Shown here piece after piece: positions 38,054 through 47,917 of a stretch of 64,000 nt of DNA; within the stretch, counting starts at the first letter, position 1, and every line of letters starts with the position of its first letter. A model generated the notes under the pieces. The model saw nothing but the letters and a program-made list of their open reading frames with translations. It was not told the DNA's origin and searched no databases. The stretch comes from an uncultured Acidobacteriota bacterium (GTDB taxonomy: Bacteria > Actinomycetota > Acidimicrobiia > Spongiisociales > ZC4RG35), in NCBI GenBank assembly GCA_963780755.1, contig CAWACX010000002.1, positions 609,813-673,812 on the forward strand, read 5' to 3'. A program made the position numbers and the translations under genes.

Positions 38054-38988
38054 ACCACCAGGAAGGCGAAGACTTGACCATTGACACCACCACCACCGGA
38101 ACCACCGACACCGCTCCCGACTCGGTCGGGGCAAGTGTCTCGGCGCTCGAGGAACAGGCAGCGCGGGTCGCGGAGGCTTCGGAGGCGGCGACCGGGACCG
38201 ATCCGCATCAGCCGATGATTTTCGACGTGGACGACCTAACTGTTTTCTACGGGTCGTTTCGGGCGGTCAAGAACGTGAGCATGGAGATTCGTCAAAATCA
38301 AATCACCGCCTTGATCGGCCCCTCGGGATGCGGCAAGTCGACCGTGCTCCGTTGCTTCAACCGAATGAACGACCTGATCGAGACCGCCCGGGTCGAAGGG
38401 ACGGTGCACTACCACGGCGTCGACCTCTACGGGGAAAAGGTGGACCCGGTGGAGGTGCGGAGGCGCATCGGGATGGTGTTCCAAAAGCCGAACCCGTTCC
38501 CGAAGAGCATCTACGAGAACATCGTGTACGGGCCGAAGATCGCCGGTTGGAAGGGGAACTACGACGAGCTGGTGGAGGAGGCCTTGATCAAGGCCGCTCT
38601 CTGGGACGAGGTCAAGGACAAGCTCAAGGAATCGGGCATGGCCTTGTCCGGGTGGCCAGCAACAGCGACTTTGCATCGCCCGGGCCATCGCCACCAGCCC
38701 CGACGTGGTTCTGATGGACGAGCCGTGTTCCGCCCTCGACCCGATCGCAACCTTGAAGATCGAGGAGCTGATGCTCGAGTTGAAGAAGGACTACACCATC
38801 GTCATCGTCACCCACAACATGCAGCAAGCCGCTCGGGTGTCGGATCAGACCGCCTTCTTCTCGGTGAACGTCGAGCGATGAAGGGACAGCGCACCGGTTA
38901 CCTCGTCGAGTACAACCCCACCGAGCAGATCTTCACTTCGCCAACCGAGAAACAGACCGAGGACTACATCACAGGACGGTTCGGATGA
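38050..38988 (+). pseudogene. pstB: phosphate ABC ATPase PstB, 2 or more frame disruptions plus in-frame stop
   Basis: Walker A GPSGCGKST in frame 1; the signature [16 protein letters not shown] is readable only in another frame (a T inserted in gggTggcc); the C-terminus returns to frame 1 after a TGA. Confidence 0.75.
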
Positions 38989-39692
38989 CCGACGTCACAG
39001 ACACCAATCTCCATTTTCACCAGGAACTCGAAGCGTTGGAGCACACCGTGCTGGGCATGATCGATCGCGCCGAGCAGATGGTGGAGATGGCGGTCGAAGG
39101 GGTGTGCACGAGCAACCTCGAGCTGGCAGACCGGGTAATCAGCCTCGATGACGGGATGGATGAGACCTACTTGTCGGTCCACAACCATTGGACAACCCTG
39201 ATGGCCCGGTTCCAGCCATTGGGCTCCGACCTGCGAAAGATGACAGTGCTCCTCCAGCTCAACCAGACTTTCGAGCGCATGGGCGATCAATGCGTGAATA
39301 TCGCCAAGATCTCGAAGCTGAACGTCGGGCTGCCCCCCGTGGAGCGGATCGTGGGGCAGATCCAGGAGATGGGAGACCTGGTTCGGCCCATGATCCGATC
39401 GTCGATCGAGGCCTACTTGCGCCAGGACCTGGACGAGGCCCGCCTCCTCCCGGCCATGGATCAACCGGTGGATCGGCTCAACGCCAACATGTACAAGGAG
39501 ATCGTTGCCGTCGGGGACAAACCGCAAATGCTGGAATGGGCCTCCAAGATGCTGATGGTGGCCCGCGCCCTGGAGCGGATCGGTGACCAGGCTGTCGACT
39601 TCGCCGAACAGACGGCGTATCTGATAACAGGAGAGCGAGCCGAGTTCGTGAAGGCGGGTCTCAACAGGTCGGCCGATGACGACACAGGCTGA
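38985..39692 (+). CDS. phoU: phosphate signalling complex protein PhoU
   Basis: 235 aa, two PhoU repeats (ERMGDQCVNIA / ERIGDQAVDFA); intact. Confidence 0.9.
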   Translation: MTDVTDTNLHFHQELEALEHTVLGMIDRAEQMVEMAVEGVCTSNLELADRVISLDDGMDETYLSVHNHWTTLMARFQPLGSDLRKMTVLLQLNQTFERMGDQCVNIAKISKLNVGLPPVERIVGQIQEMGDLVRPMIRSSIEAYLRQDLDEARLLPAMDQPVDRLNANMYKEIVAVGDKPQMLEWASKMLMVARALERIGDQAVDFAEQTAYLITGERAEFVKAGLNRSADDDTG

Positions 39693-40388
39693 CCGAAGGT
39701 CGCATCGCATCCTCCTCGTCGAGGATGAGCCCGGACTTGCCGAGTCGGTCCGTTATGCCCTGGGAAGCGAGGGATTCGATGTGCTCGTCGCCGACACCGG
39801 GGTCAGCGGCTTGGAGTCGGCTCGCACCAATCAGCCCGACCTCATCCTGCTCGACCTGATGCTCCCCGGGATGTCGGGTCTCGACGTCTGCCGCCAGATC
39901 CGGTCGTCGTCGGACGTCCCGATCATCATGCTCACCGCCAAGGACGCCGAATCGGACAAGGTCGCCGGGCTCGAACTGGGGGCCGACGACTACATGACGA
40001 AGCCGTTCTCGATGCGCGAGCTTGTCGCCCGGGTCAGGGCGCAGTTGCGCCGCGCTGCCAAGAGTGGGCTGCTCTCGGACTCCAACGAGGTCCTGCGGGG
40101 GGAGCCATCGACCTCGACATCGACGCCCACCAGGCCCGTTTCAACGGGGAGGACGTCGAACTCCGCCCCAAGGAGTTCGAGCTCCTCGAGTCCCTGATGC
40201 GGAGGAAGAACCGGCTGGCCGCCCGACACACCTTGATCGATGAGGTGTGGGGACCGAGCTACTTCGGGGACACCAAGACACTCGACGTCCACATCAAGCG
40301 CCTCCGTCAGAAACTGGAGCCCGACCCCGCCAAACCGGTCCACATCGTCACGGTGCGCGGTCTCGGCTACAAATTCGTGGATGAGTGA
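39676..40388 (+). CDS. regX3: OmpR/PhoB-family response regulator (RegX3/PhoP-like), single frameshift in a G6 run at 40097-40102
   Basis: Receiver in frame 1 (ILLVEDEPG...DLILLDLMLPG...MLTAK); winged-helix output in frame 3 (GGAIDLDIDAHQARFNGEDVELRPKEFELL...VRGLGYKFV); one G more or two fewer restores it. Confidence 0.85.
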
Positions 40389-42111
40389 CCGGACCGACTC
40401 CGGCCGGACCTCATTGCCGCTTCGCTCGCTGGCCTACTTTGTCGTCGCCTACCTGCTCCTGATCGGGCCCGCGGCGTGGCTGATCGCCGACGGGGTCACC
40501 GAACAAGCCACAGAGCAGGCGCTATCCGCACTGGAGACCGATGCTCGCCTCGCTTCCGAGTCGCTCCCAAGCGACGATCTCGATGCGTGGGTGGAGCAGA
40601 TGTTCCTGATCACCGGGCTCCGTTATGCGGTGATATCCACCGAGGGCGAAGTGCTCGCCGACTCCCACAGTGATGTCGCCGAGACCGAGAGCCATGCCGA
40701 CCGTCCCGAGGTGGTCGCGGCCAATGCCGGAGAAGTTGGAACCGATTCCCGGCCGAGCGAGACCACAGGCTTCGATCAGCACTACCTGGCCCTGCCTCCC
40801 GAGGACGGGTTGATAGTGAGGGTCTCGATCTCAGACCAGGACCTGTTGGAAGACGTGACCTTCGCCCGCAACGCGGTTTGGTGGATTGCGGGCCTGGCCG
40901 GCCTGGTCGGGGTCCTCGTGGTGTGGGTGCTCAGCTCGCGTCTTTCTGGGTCGATCACGAAGCTGACCGACCAGACACTGTCCGTCGCCGCCGGCGGGGA
41001 ATCGCCGCCCTCCCGCTCCTCGGTGCTCGAGTTGGACCGGCTGGGAGCCGCTGTCGTCCAACTCGAGGGCAGTCAGAAGGTCAGGGTCAACGAGGCGCAG
41101 GCAGCGAGCGAGACACTGGAGAAGGTGCTTGGCGCCCTACCCCAGGGGACCATCCTGTTCTCGGAGGCAGATGAGGTCATCTACGCCAACCCTTCGGCAT
41201 ACGAGCTCCTCGGCGCGGTCCCCGGCTCGCTCGCGGCGCTTGTCCCGTTCCCGTTTCAGGATGCGGTCCACGAGTGCAAGGAAGCCCGGCAGCCGGTGGA
41301 GCGCGTCGCCGAGCACGGGAAGCCGTCCCGAAGGTTGCGAGCAGTAGCCACCCCGTTCACAGGCGATGAGCGGATCCTGTTGGTGGTCGTCGATGTCACC
41401 GATCGGGAGCGGGTCGCATCGGTCCGCCGTGATTTCGTGGCCAACGCCTCGCACGAGCTCAAGACCCCGGTGTCGGCGATCATCGCTTCCTCGGAGGCTC
41501 TCCAGATCGCGATCGGCCGGGGCGACGAGTCGGCGGCCGGGTTCGCTCTTCAGATCGAAAGCTCGGCCCGCCAGTTGGACCGCCTGGTTGGGGACCTTCT
41601 CGACCTTTCCCGATTGGAGCGCGACGAGCCCGAGTTGGACCCGCTCAGCCTCGACCTCCTGGTGCGTGAGGAGTTGGAGCGAATTCGACCGGGAGCGGAG
41701 GAGAAGGGCATCGCCCTCGACTTCGACCTCGATCCGGTGCAGGTCTCCGGGAGCCGGCGCGACGTGGCGATCGCAGTCCGCAACCTGCTCGACAATGCCG
41801 TTCGCTACACCGGGTCTGCCGGCACGGTGAGCGCCAGCCTGCACCGGTCGAACGGGCAAGCCGTGCTCCAGATCGCCGACACCGGCGAAGGCATTCCAAC
41901 CCGGGACCTGAGCCGTGTGTTCGAGCGCTTCTATCGGGTGGACAACGCCAGGTCCCGTGCCACCGGTGGGACCGGGCTTGGGCTCTCCATCGTCAAACAC
42001 GTCGTCGAGAGCCACGGTGGCGCGGTCGACGTGGAGAGCGAGCTGGGGGAAGGGTCGGTATTCACAGTGCGACTGCCCGTTCTCGAAGGGGAAGCCCTGG
42101 TCGCTGGCTAG
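40381..42111 (+). CDS. senX3: sensor histidine kinase (SenX3/PhoR-like)
   Basis: N-terminal TM and sensor region, PAS-like region, HisKA box ASHELKTPVSAIIAS, HATPase_c (DNAVRYT...GTGLGLSIVKHVV); ATG overlaps the regX3 stop. Confidence 0.88.
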   Translation: MSDRTDSGRTSLPLRSLAYFVVAYLLLIGPAAWLIADGVTEQATEQALSALETDARLASESLPSDDLDAWVEQMFLITGLRYAVISTEGEVLADSHSDVAETESHADRPEVVAANAGEVGTDSRPSETTGFDQHYLALPPEDGLIVRVSISDQDLLEDVTFARNAVWWIAGLAGLVGVLVVWVLSSRLSGSITKLTDQTLSVAAGGESPPSRSSVLELDRLGAAVVQLEGSQKVRVNEAQAASETLEKVLGALPQGTILFSEADEVIYANPSAYELLGAVPGSLAALVPFPFQDAVHECKEARQPVERVAEHGKPSRRLRAVATPFTGDERILLVVVDVTDRERVASVRRDFVANASHELKTPVSAIIASSEALQIAIGRGDESAAGFALQIESSARQLDRLVGDLLDLSRLERDEPELDPLSLDLLVREELERIRPGAEEKGIALDFDLDPVQVSGSRRDVAIAVRNLLDNAVRYTGSAGTVSASLHRSNGQAVLQIADTGEGIPTRDLSRVFERFYRVDNARSRATGGTGLGLSIVKHVVESHGGAVDVESELGEGSVFTVRLPVLEGEALVAG

Positions 42112-42139
42112 CCTGACTTCCGGCATTCGCCACCATCCG

Positions 42140-43993
42140 ATGTCGATTCTGGACACCATTTCGAGCCCCGCCGACCTGCGCGAGTTGAGCCCTGACCAGC
42201 TGGCTCAGCTCAGTGAGGAGATTCGGGCGTTCATCATCGAGAAAGTCTCCGCAAACGGTGGGCATCTCTCCCCCAACTTGGGTGTCGTCGAGCTAACGCT
42301 GGCCCTGCACCGGGTGTTCGACTCCCCGAACGATCGGATCATCTGGGATGTCGGGCATCAGGCCTACGTCCACAAGCTGGTGACCGGCCGCTCGGGCGAC
42401 TTCGACCGGCTCCGCCACACGGGCGGGCTCTCCGGCTACCCGAGTCGCGAGGAATCCCCTCACGACTTCGTCGAGAACAGCCACGCATCCACTTCGCTCT
42501 CCTACGCCTTGGGGCACGCTCTCGCCGGGTACCCCGGGTACACGATCGCAGTCATCGGTGACGGCGCTCTGACCGGCGGGATGGCCATGGAGGCGCTGAA
42601 CCACATCGCGGTGGCGCGCCCCCCTCGCCTCATCATCGTGCTCAACGACAACGGCCGGTCCTATGCCCCGACCGTCGGCGGCATCGCCGCCCTGGCCACT
42701 CTGGCCCACTATCGCTTCGATCCCCGGTACGAGCGCACCAAGCGCACACTGGGGAAGATGCTGCGGGGGATCCCCCTGGTCGGTGAGACCGCAGACGAGC
42801 TCGCCGGGCGGCTCAAGGACGCCATCAAGCAGATCCTGGAGCCATCGACCGTCTTCGATGCCCTCGACCTCAAGTACACCGGTCGGATCGACGGGCACGA
42901 CATAGCGCTGCTCGAGGAGACATTCGAGGTGGCAAAGAGCTTCGATCGACCTGTGGTCGTCCATGTGGTCACCGAGAAGGGCAGCGGCTACCAGCCCGCG
43001 ATCGAGGACGAGCTGGAGAAGCTTCACGGCGTGCCAAGTTTCGACGTGGCCACCGGCAAGGCCCTGAAGAGCGAGCTCAAGCTGACCGAGGTCGCCGGCA
43101 AGGCGATCGCGGCTGCAGCCGACACCCGTCCTGACTTGATCGGCATCTCGGCGGCGATGGTGAGCACGGCAGGCTTGTTGGAGATGGCGCAGAGGCACCC
43201 CGACCGGGTCTATGACACGGCGATCGCCGAACAGCATGCGGTGACCCTGGCGGCGGGGGTCGCGATGGCGGGGAAGAAGCCGGTGGTCGCGATGTACTCC
43301 GCTTTCCTGCAGCGTGCCATCGACCAGATCATCGCCGACGTCGCCCTCCATGACCTTCCGGTGGTCTTCCTCGTCGACCGAGCCGGGATTACCGGTCCCG
43401 ACGGCCCCTCCCACCACGGTGTGTTCGACCTGTCCTACCTGAGGATGATCCCCAACATGGTCGTGGGTGCGCCGGCCGATGCCACCGAGTTGTGCGCCAT
43501 GATCGAGACCGCGGTCGATCACAACGGCCCGATCGCCATCCGCTACCCGAAGGGGGCCGCAGTCTCCGTCCCTTCGATCCCGGTGGCGCCGATCCCGATC
43601 GGAGAGGCCCAACTGCTCAGTCCAGGCGATGCGGTGCTGCTGGTCGCAGTGGGGCGCATGGTCGAGGTGGCGGAGAAGGCCGCAGTCGACCTCCAAGGGA
43701 GGGGCATATCCACCGGAGTGGTCAATGCGCGCTGGGTGAAGCCACTCGATCCCAGGATCATCGAATGGGCGAGCCCGGTGTCGCACGTGGTGACGCTCGA
43801 GGACAACGTGTTGTCAGGGGGCTTCGGCTCGGCGGTGATGGAGGCTTTCTCGGCGGCAGGCGTCGTCAAGGAGATCACGTCGATCGGGGTCCCCGATCAG
43901 TTCCTTCCCTTCGGATCTCCGTCCGACCTCCACGAAGCGGTGGGGATGGACGCGGTGGGGGTGGTCGACCGCGTTCTGGCGCTATTGCGCTAG
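42140..43993 (+). CDS. dxs: 1-deoxy-D-xylulose-5-phosphate synthase
   Basis: MSILDTISSPADLRELS...; ThDP motif GDGALTGGMAMEALNH; transketolase-like pyrimidine-binding and C-terminal domains. Confidence 0.92.
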   Translation: MSILDTISSPADLRELSPDQLAQLSEEIRAFIIEKVSANGGHLSPNLGVVELTLALHRVFDSPNDRIIWDVGHQAYVHKLVTGRSGDFDRLRHTGGLSGYPSREESPHDFVENSHASTSLSYALGHALAGYPGYTIAVIGDGALTGGMAMEALNHIAVARPPRLIIVLNDNGRSYAPTVGGIAALATLAHYRFDPRYERTKRTLGKMLRGIPLVGETADELAGRLKDAIKQILEPSTVFDALDLKYTGRIDGHDIALLEETFEVAKSFDRPVVVHVVTEKGSGYQPAIEDELEKLHGVPSFDVATGKALKSELKLTEVAGKAIAAAADTRPDLIGISAAMVSTAGLLEMAQRHPDRVYDTAIAEQHAVTLAAGVAMAGKKPVVAMYSAFLQRAIDQIIADVALHDLPVVFLVDRAGITGPDGPSHHGVFDLSYLRMIPNMVVGAPADATELCAMIETAVDHNGPIAIRYPKGAAVSVPSIPVAPIPIGEAQLLSPGDAVLLVAVGRMVEVAEKAAVDLQGRGISTGVVNARWVKPLDPRIIEWASPVSHVVTLEDNVLSGGFGSAVMEAFSAAGVVKEITSIGVPDQFLPFGSPSDLHEAVGMDAVGVVDRVLALLR

Positions 43994-44832
43994 GTCGGTA
44001 TCGCGATCCTCCGCTCGTACCAGCGGAGCAGAAGGCTGAGGGTCAAGGTGAGCACCACGTACATCACCGCCAAGACGAAATAGGCCTCGCGGTAGCGAAA
44101 GCTGGACGCCGCGTACAAGCGAGCCATCTGGGTCAGCTCCCGAACCGCGAGCACGCTCACCAGTGAGGTGTCCTTCATCAGCGAGATCAGGTCGTTGCCG
44201 AGGGCAGGGAGCATGTTGCGCACCGCTTGGGGGAGCACGATCTTGCGCGTGATCTGACCCTCGCTCAGCCCTATGGAGCGCCCGGCCTCGGACTGAGTCT
44301 TGGGCACGGATTGGATCCCGGCGCGGAAGACCTCGGCGATGAAGGCCGCGTAGAAGAGCGAAAGGGCAGCCGAGGCCCGCAATGCGTTCGAGATGGCTCG
44401 CGTCTCCAGGTTGAGGAGGGCTGCAAAGTCCGGGACCAGGACCAGGGCGACGAGAAAGATGAAGACGATGACCGGGATGCCGCGTATGAATTCGATGTAC
44501 AGGGCGGCGAGGTTGCGGACCACGGTGTTGCGGCTGAGGCGGGCGAGCCCGAGGAACAGCCCCAGGATGGTTGCCACCACGAACGATCCGACGGTGAGAT
44601 AGATGGTGAGGGCGAGGCCCTGCTGGAAGTTGGCCGGCAGAGGCAGGATCGCCTCGAACGCTTCCCGATAGTCCTCGGTGAAGGCAATGGCCGTTGCGAA
44701 GAGACCGATGATCACGAGCATCCCGACGAGCCACCAAGGGAACTCGCGGGCGTCGAAGCTGTAGGCGCTGGCCCCGGGGCCTAGGGCGATCTCCGTTTCG
44801 GGTTGGTCGGTCATGGCGTCAGATGAGGGCAC
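43990..44832 (-). CDS. polar amino-acid ABC transporter permease
   Basis: 280 aa; EAA loop LSEGQITRKIVLPQA; His/Gln/Glu-permease-like. Confidence 0.85.
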   Translation of the reverse strand: MPSSDAMTDQPETEIALGPGASAYSFDAREFPWWLVGMLVIIGLFATAIAFTEDYREAFEAILPLPANFQQGLALTIYLTVGSFVVATILGLFLGLARLSRNTVVRNLAALYIEFIRGIPVIVFIFLVALVLVPDFAALLNLETRAISNALRASAALSLFYAAFIAEVFRAGIQSVPKTQSEAGRSIGLSEGQITRKIVLPQAVRNMLPALGNDLISLMKDTSLVSVLAVRELTQMARLYAASSFRYREAYFVLAVMYVVLTLTLSLLLRWYERRIAIPT

Positions 44833-44882
44833 ACCGGGCCAGGTGGCCCGGTGTGCAGCTCAACGAGTCTTCTCCTTTGGGC

Positions 44883-45698
44883 CTACCCGTCGAGATCGTC
44901 GTAGGTGATGGTGAAGGCGTCGGTGAAGAACTTGACACCGAGCTCCTCCATGGTGCCGTCGTCCTTCATCTGCTGGATGGCGAAGTTGACCGGCGCCACC
45001 AGCTCAGATCCCTTGGGGAAGATGAACCCGAGGGGATCAGACTGGAGCCCGTCGTCGATGGTCTTGATCGAGTCGGCGTTCTCACCGACATAGCCGAGAC
45101 CGGCGGCGTCGTCGATGATCACTGCGTCGACATCGCCGGCGATCAGGGCCTGTATCGCGAGACCGAATTGGTCATACGCCTGAACCCGGTCCTCGCCTAC
45201 GAGCTCGGTCGCCAATTCCAGGTTGGTCGTCCCCACCTGGGTGGCCACGATGGCCTCGGCATCGTCGATCAGGGACTGAGCGGTGTCGTACCGATCGTCA
45301 TCCAACTGAACGATGAACTTCTGCTCGACGACCATGTAGGCATCGGAGTAGTCGACTACCTCTTTGCGCTCGTCGGTGATCGAGATCCCATCCGCCGCGG
45401 TGTCGAACTCGCCCTGAGCGACCTGGTCGATCATTGGCTCCCATGCCGTCTCCACGAACTCGGGCTCGCAGTTGATGACACCGCAGATGTGCCTCCACGC
45501 GTCATAGTCCCAGCCCGCAGGGTCTTCGCCGGGCAGCTTGTAGTTGAAGGGGAGGTAGGCGTTTTCGACCGCGATCGTCACGGTTTGGCCGCCCAGATCG
45601 TTGCCTTCGACACCACCGGCGTCGCCCTCCTCGCCGCAAGCGGCCAGAACGAAGGCGAGCACGATGCCAACAATCAATAATGTGTGTCGTCTCTTCAT
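44883..45698 (-). CDS. polar amino-acid ABC substrate-binding lipoprotein
   Basis: [22 protein letters not shown] lipobox; SBP_bac_3-like; second ATG chosen (AAAGGAAC upstream); note the TTA codon in the signal peptide. Confidence 0.8.
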   Translation of the reverse strand: MKRRHTLLIVGIVLAFVLAACGEEGDAGGVEGNDLGGQTVTIAVENAYLPFNYKLPGEDPAGWDYDAWRHICGVINCEPEFVETAWEPMIDQVAQGEFDTAADGISITDERKEVVDYSDAYMVVEQKFIVQLDDDRYDTAQSLIDDAEAIVATQVGTTNLELATELVGEDRVQAYDQFGLAIQALIAGDVDAVIIDDAAGLGYVGENADSIKTIDDGLQSDPLGFIFPKGSELVAPVNFAIQQMKDDGTMEELGVKFFTDAFTITYDDLDG

Positions 45699-45782
45699 GG
45701 GTGTAGTTCCTTTCATGCTCTTCGAGCCGGGCGCAGCGTATCAAGATTGCCCGGCCAGCCTGCCTCCGAACGGGTTCTCTCG

Positions 45783-46565
45783 GTGACGGTCGAATCGACT
45801 CCCGAGCGCTACGCCGACGCCACGCGCGCCAAGGGCGAGCCCATCATCGAGGTCATCGGTGTCAACAAGTTCTTCGGCGACTTCCAGGCGCTTCGGAACA
45901 TCGACATCAACATCGGCTTCCGCGAGGTGGTGGTGGTGATCGGGCCTTCCGGCTCCGGCAAGTCGACGCTGATCCGCTGCATCAACCGGCTGGAGAAGCA
46001 CGACCAGGGGCGCATCATCGTCGACGGCGTCGAGCTCTCCGATGATCTTCGGGCCATCCAAGAGGTGCGCAGGGAAACCGGGATGGTGTTCCAACAATTC
46101 AACCTGTTTCCCCATCTCACAGTTCTCGACAACATCACCCTGGCGCCCCGACACGTGCGCCAGGAACCGAGAGGGGAAGCCGAGGCCAAAGGGATGGAGC
46201 TCCTCGAGCGAGTCGGAATCCCCGAGCAGGCCAGGAAGTACCCGGGCCAACTCTCGGGCGGTCAGCAACAGCGGGTAGCGATCGCCCGGTCGCTGGCGAT
46301 GAGGCCCAAGGTGATGATGTTCGACGAGCCGACCTCGGCTCTCGACCCGGAGATGATCAAAGAGGTCCTGGACGTAATGATCGAGCTGGCCGAGGGAGGG
46401 ATGACCATGATCGTGGTCACTCACGAGATGGGTTTCGCCAAAGCGGTTGCCGATCGCGTGGTGTTCATGGCCGAAGCCCAGATCGTCGAAGTGGGCACAC
46501 CGGAGCACTTCTTCACGGACCCCGTCGAAGACCGAACCAAGCTCTTCCTCAGCCAGATCCTCTGA
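45783..46565 (+). CDS. polar amino-acid ABC transporter ATP-binding protein (GlnQ-like)
   Basis: Walker [11 protein letters not shown]-loop, [16 protein letters not shown], Walker [13 protein letters not shown]-loop VTHEM; GTG start, uncertain by about +/-40 nt. Confidence 0.85.
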   Translation: MTVESTPERYADATRAKGEPIIEVIGVNKFFGDFQALRNIDINIGFREVVVVIGPSGSGKSTLIRCINRLEKHDQGRIIVDGVELSDDLRAIQEVRRETGMVFQQFNLFPHLTVLDNITLAPRHVRQEPRGEAEAKGMELLERVGIPEQARKYPGQLSGGQQQRVAIARSLAMRPKVMMFDEPTSALDPEMIKEVLDVMIELAEGGMTMIVVTHEMGFAKAVADRVVFMAEAQIVEVGTPEHFFTDPVEDRTKLFLSQIL

Positions 46566-46696
46566 GGCTCCAGACAGGGCATCACACTGGAGATGGTCCA
46601 TTCGCGCCGGCACCTGGTTCGAATCGACTCACGAGGGGTAGGTTCGCCTTGCGCAGCAGGGGCGTTTTGCGTTCGTGGAAGCAATAGGAGGAAATC

Positions 46697-47851
46697 ATGA
46701 GATCAGGCAAGCTGTTCGTGTTCCTGGCTGCCTTGACGTTGGTGCTCGCCGCCTGTACCGAAGCGGCCGACACCACCACGAGCACCGGGGCCGAGGAGCC
46801 CGGCGGTGAGGAAAGCACGACAACCGCTGCAACCGGAGAATCGACGACGACTGCTGGGGAGGAGCCCGCGGCCGGCGGCCTCCTGGCCGAGGTGCAGAGC
46901 CGGGGCAGCGTCCTGTGCGGAGTCAACAATGCGGTGCCTGGTTTCGGGTTCGTCGAGGCCGACGGGAGCCATTCCGGTTTCGACATTGACTTCTGCCGCG
47001 CCATCGCCGCTGGAGTCCTCGCTGACCCGGAGGCGGTCGAGTTCGTAGACCTGACTGCCGAACAGCGGTTCCCTGCCCTTCAGTCCGGCGAGGTCGACGT
47101 CCTGGTGCGAAACACGACCTATACCGCGAGCCGCGACGGTGGCGACGGGGCGACTTTCCTCACCACGACCTTCTACGACGGGCAGGGGATGATGGTCTCC
47201 GCTGACAGCGGATTCACTTCGATCGATGACATGACCGACACCAGCATCTGCGTGTTGTCCGGTACCACGACCGAATTGAACCTGGCCACCCGGATGGCCG
47301 GGATCGAGTACACGCCGCTCACCTTCGACGAGAATCCGCTCATCCAGGCTGCGTTCATCGAAGGCCAGTGCGACGGGTGGACATCGGACAAGTCACAGCT
47401 GGCGGGGGTGCGCTCTGCATGGCCCGAGGACCAGGGAGGCCCCGAGGCCTTGGTCATCCTCGATGAGACCTTCTCCAAGGAACCACTCGGCCCGGCGGTG
47501 CTGGACGGTGACCCCCAGTGGGCCCAGGCGGTCGACTGGATCATCCTGTCCACGATCCAGGCCGAAGAGTTCGGTATCGACTCCACCAATGTCGACAGCT
47601 TTGCCGACACCGAGGATGCCTCGATCAGGAGATTCCTCGGGCTCGAGGTGACGACCGATGATGGGACCGCTCCCTTCGACCCTGGCCTCGGGCTGCCGGT
47701 CGACTTCGCGGCGCAGGTGATCGCGGCCGTGGGCAACTATGGCGAGATCTATGACCGCAACGTGGGCCCCGGCACCCCACTCGACCTACCTCGTGGGCTC
47801 AACGCCCTGTGGACTGATGGTGGCTTGCTCTACGCACCGCCTTATCGCTGA
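46697..47851 (+). CDS. general L-amino-acid ABC substrate-binding protein (AapJ-like)
   Basis: 384 aa; lipoprotein signal LAALTLVLAAC, Thr/Glu-rich linker, SBP domain. Confidence 0.8.
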   Translation: MRSGKLFVFLAALTLVLAACTEAADTTTSTGAEEPGGEESTTTAATGESTTTAGEEPAAGGLLAEVQSRGSVLCGVNNAVPGFGFVEADGSHSGFDIDFCRAIAAGVLADPEAVEFVDLTAEQRFPALQSGEVDVLVRNTTYTASRDGGDGATFLTTTFYDGQGMMVSADSGFTSIDDMTDTSICVLSGTTTELNLATRMAGIEYTPLTFDENPLIQAAFIEGQCDGWTSDKSQLAGVRSAWPEDQGGPEALVILDETFSKEPLGPAVLDGDPQWAQAVDWIILSTIQAEEFGIDSTNVDSFADTEDASIRRFLGLEVTTDDGTAPFDPGLGLPVDFAAQVIAAVGNYGEIYDRNVGPGTPLDLPRGLNALWTDGGLLYAPPYR

Positions 47852-47862
47852 TAACAACCCAA

Positions 47863-47892
47863 GGGGTGGTCTGCCGGTGGGCAGGCCACCCC
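47863..47892 (+). other. intergenic stem-loop between the SBP and permease genes (mRNA stabiliser / partial terminator)
   Basis: ggggtggtctgcc-ggtg-ggcaggccacccc, 13-bp stem with one mismatch. Confidence 0.5.
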
Positions 47893-47917
47893 GCACGCGA
47901 GACTTGGCTGTGGACTT

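Noticed and set aside
42293-43786. 497-aa minus-strand ORF inside dxs, and similar long antisense ORFs at 55123..57089, 59509..60666 and 63283..63993
   Set aside because: Antisense to dxs, trpD/C/F, the DAHP synthase and clpB respectively. His/Arg/Gly/Pro-rich compositions with no domain logic.
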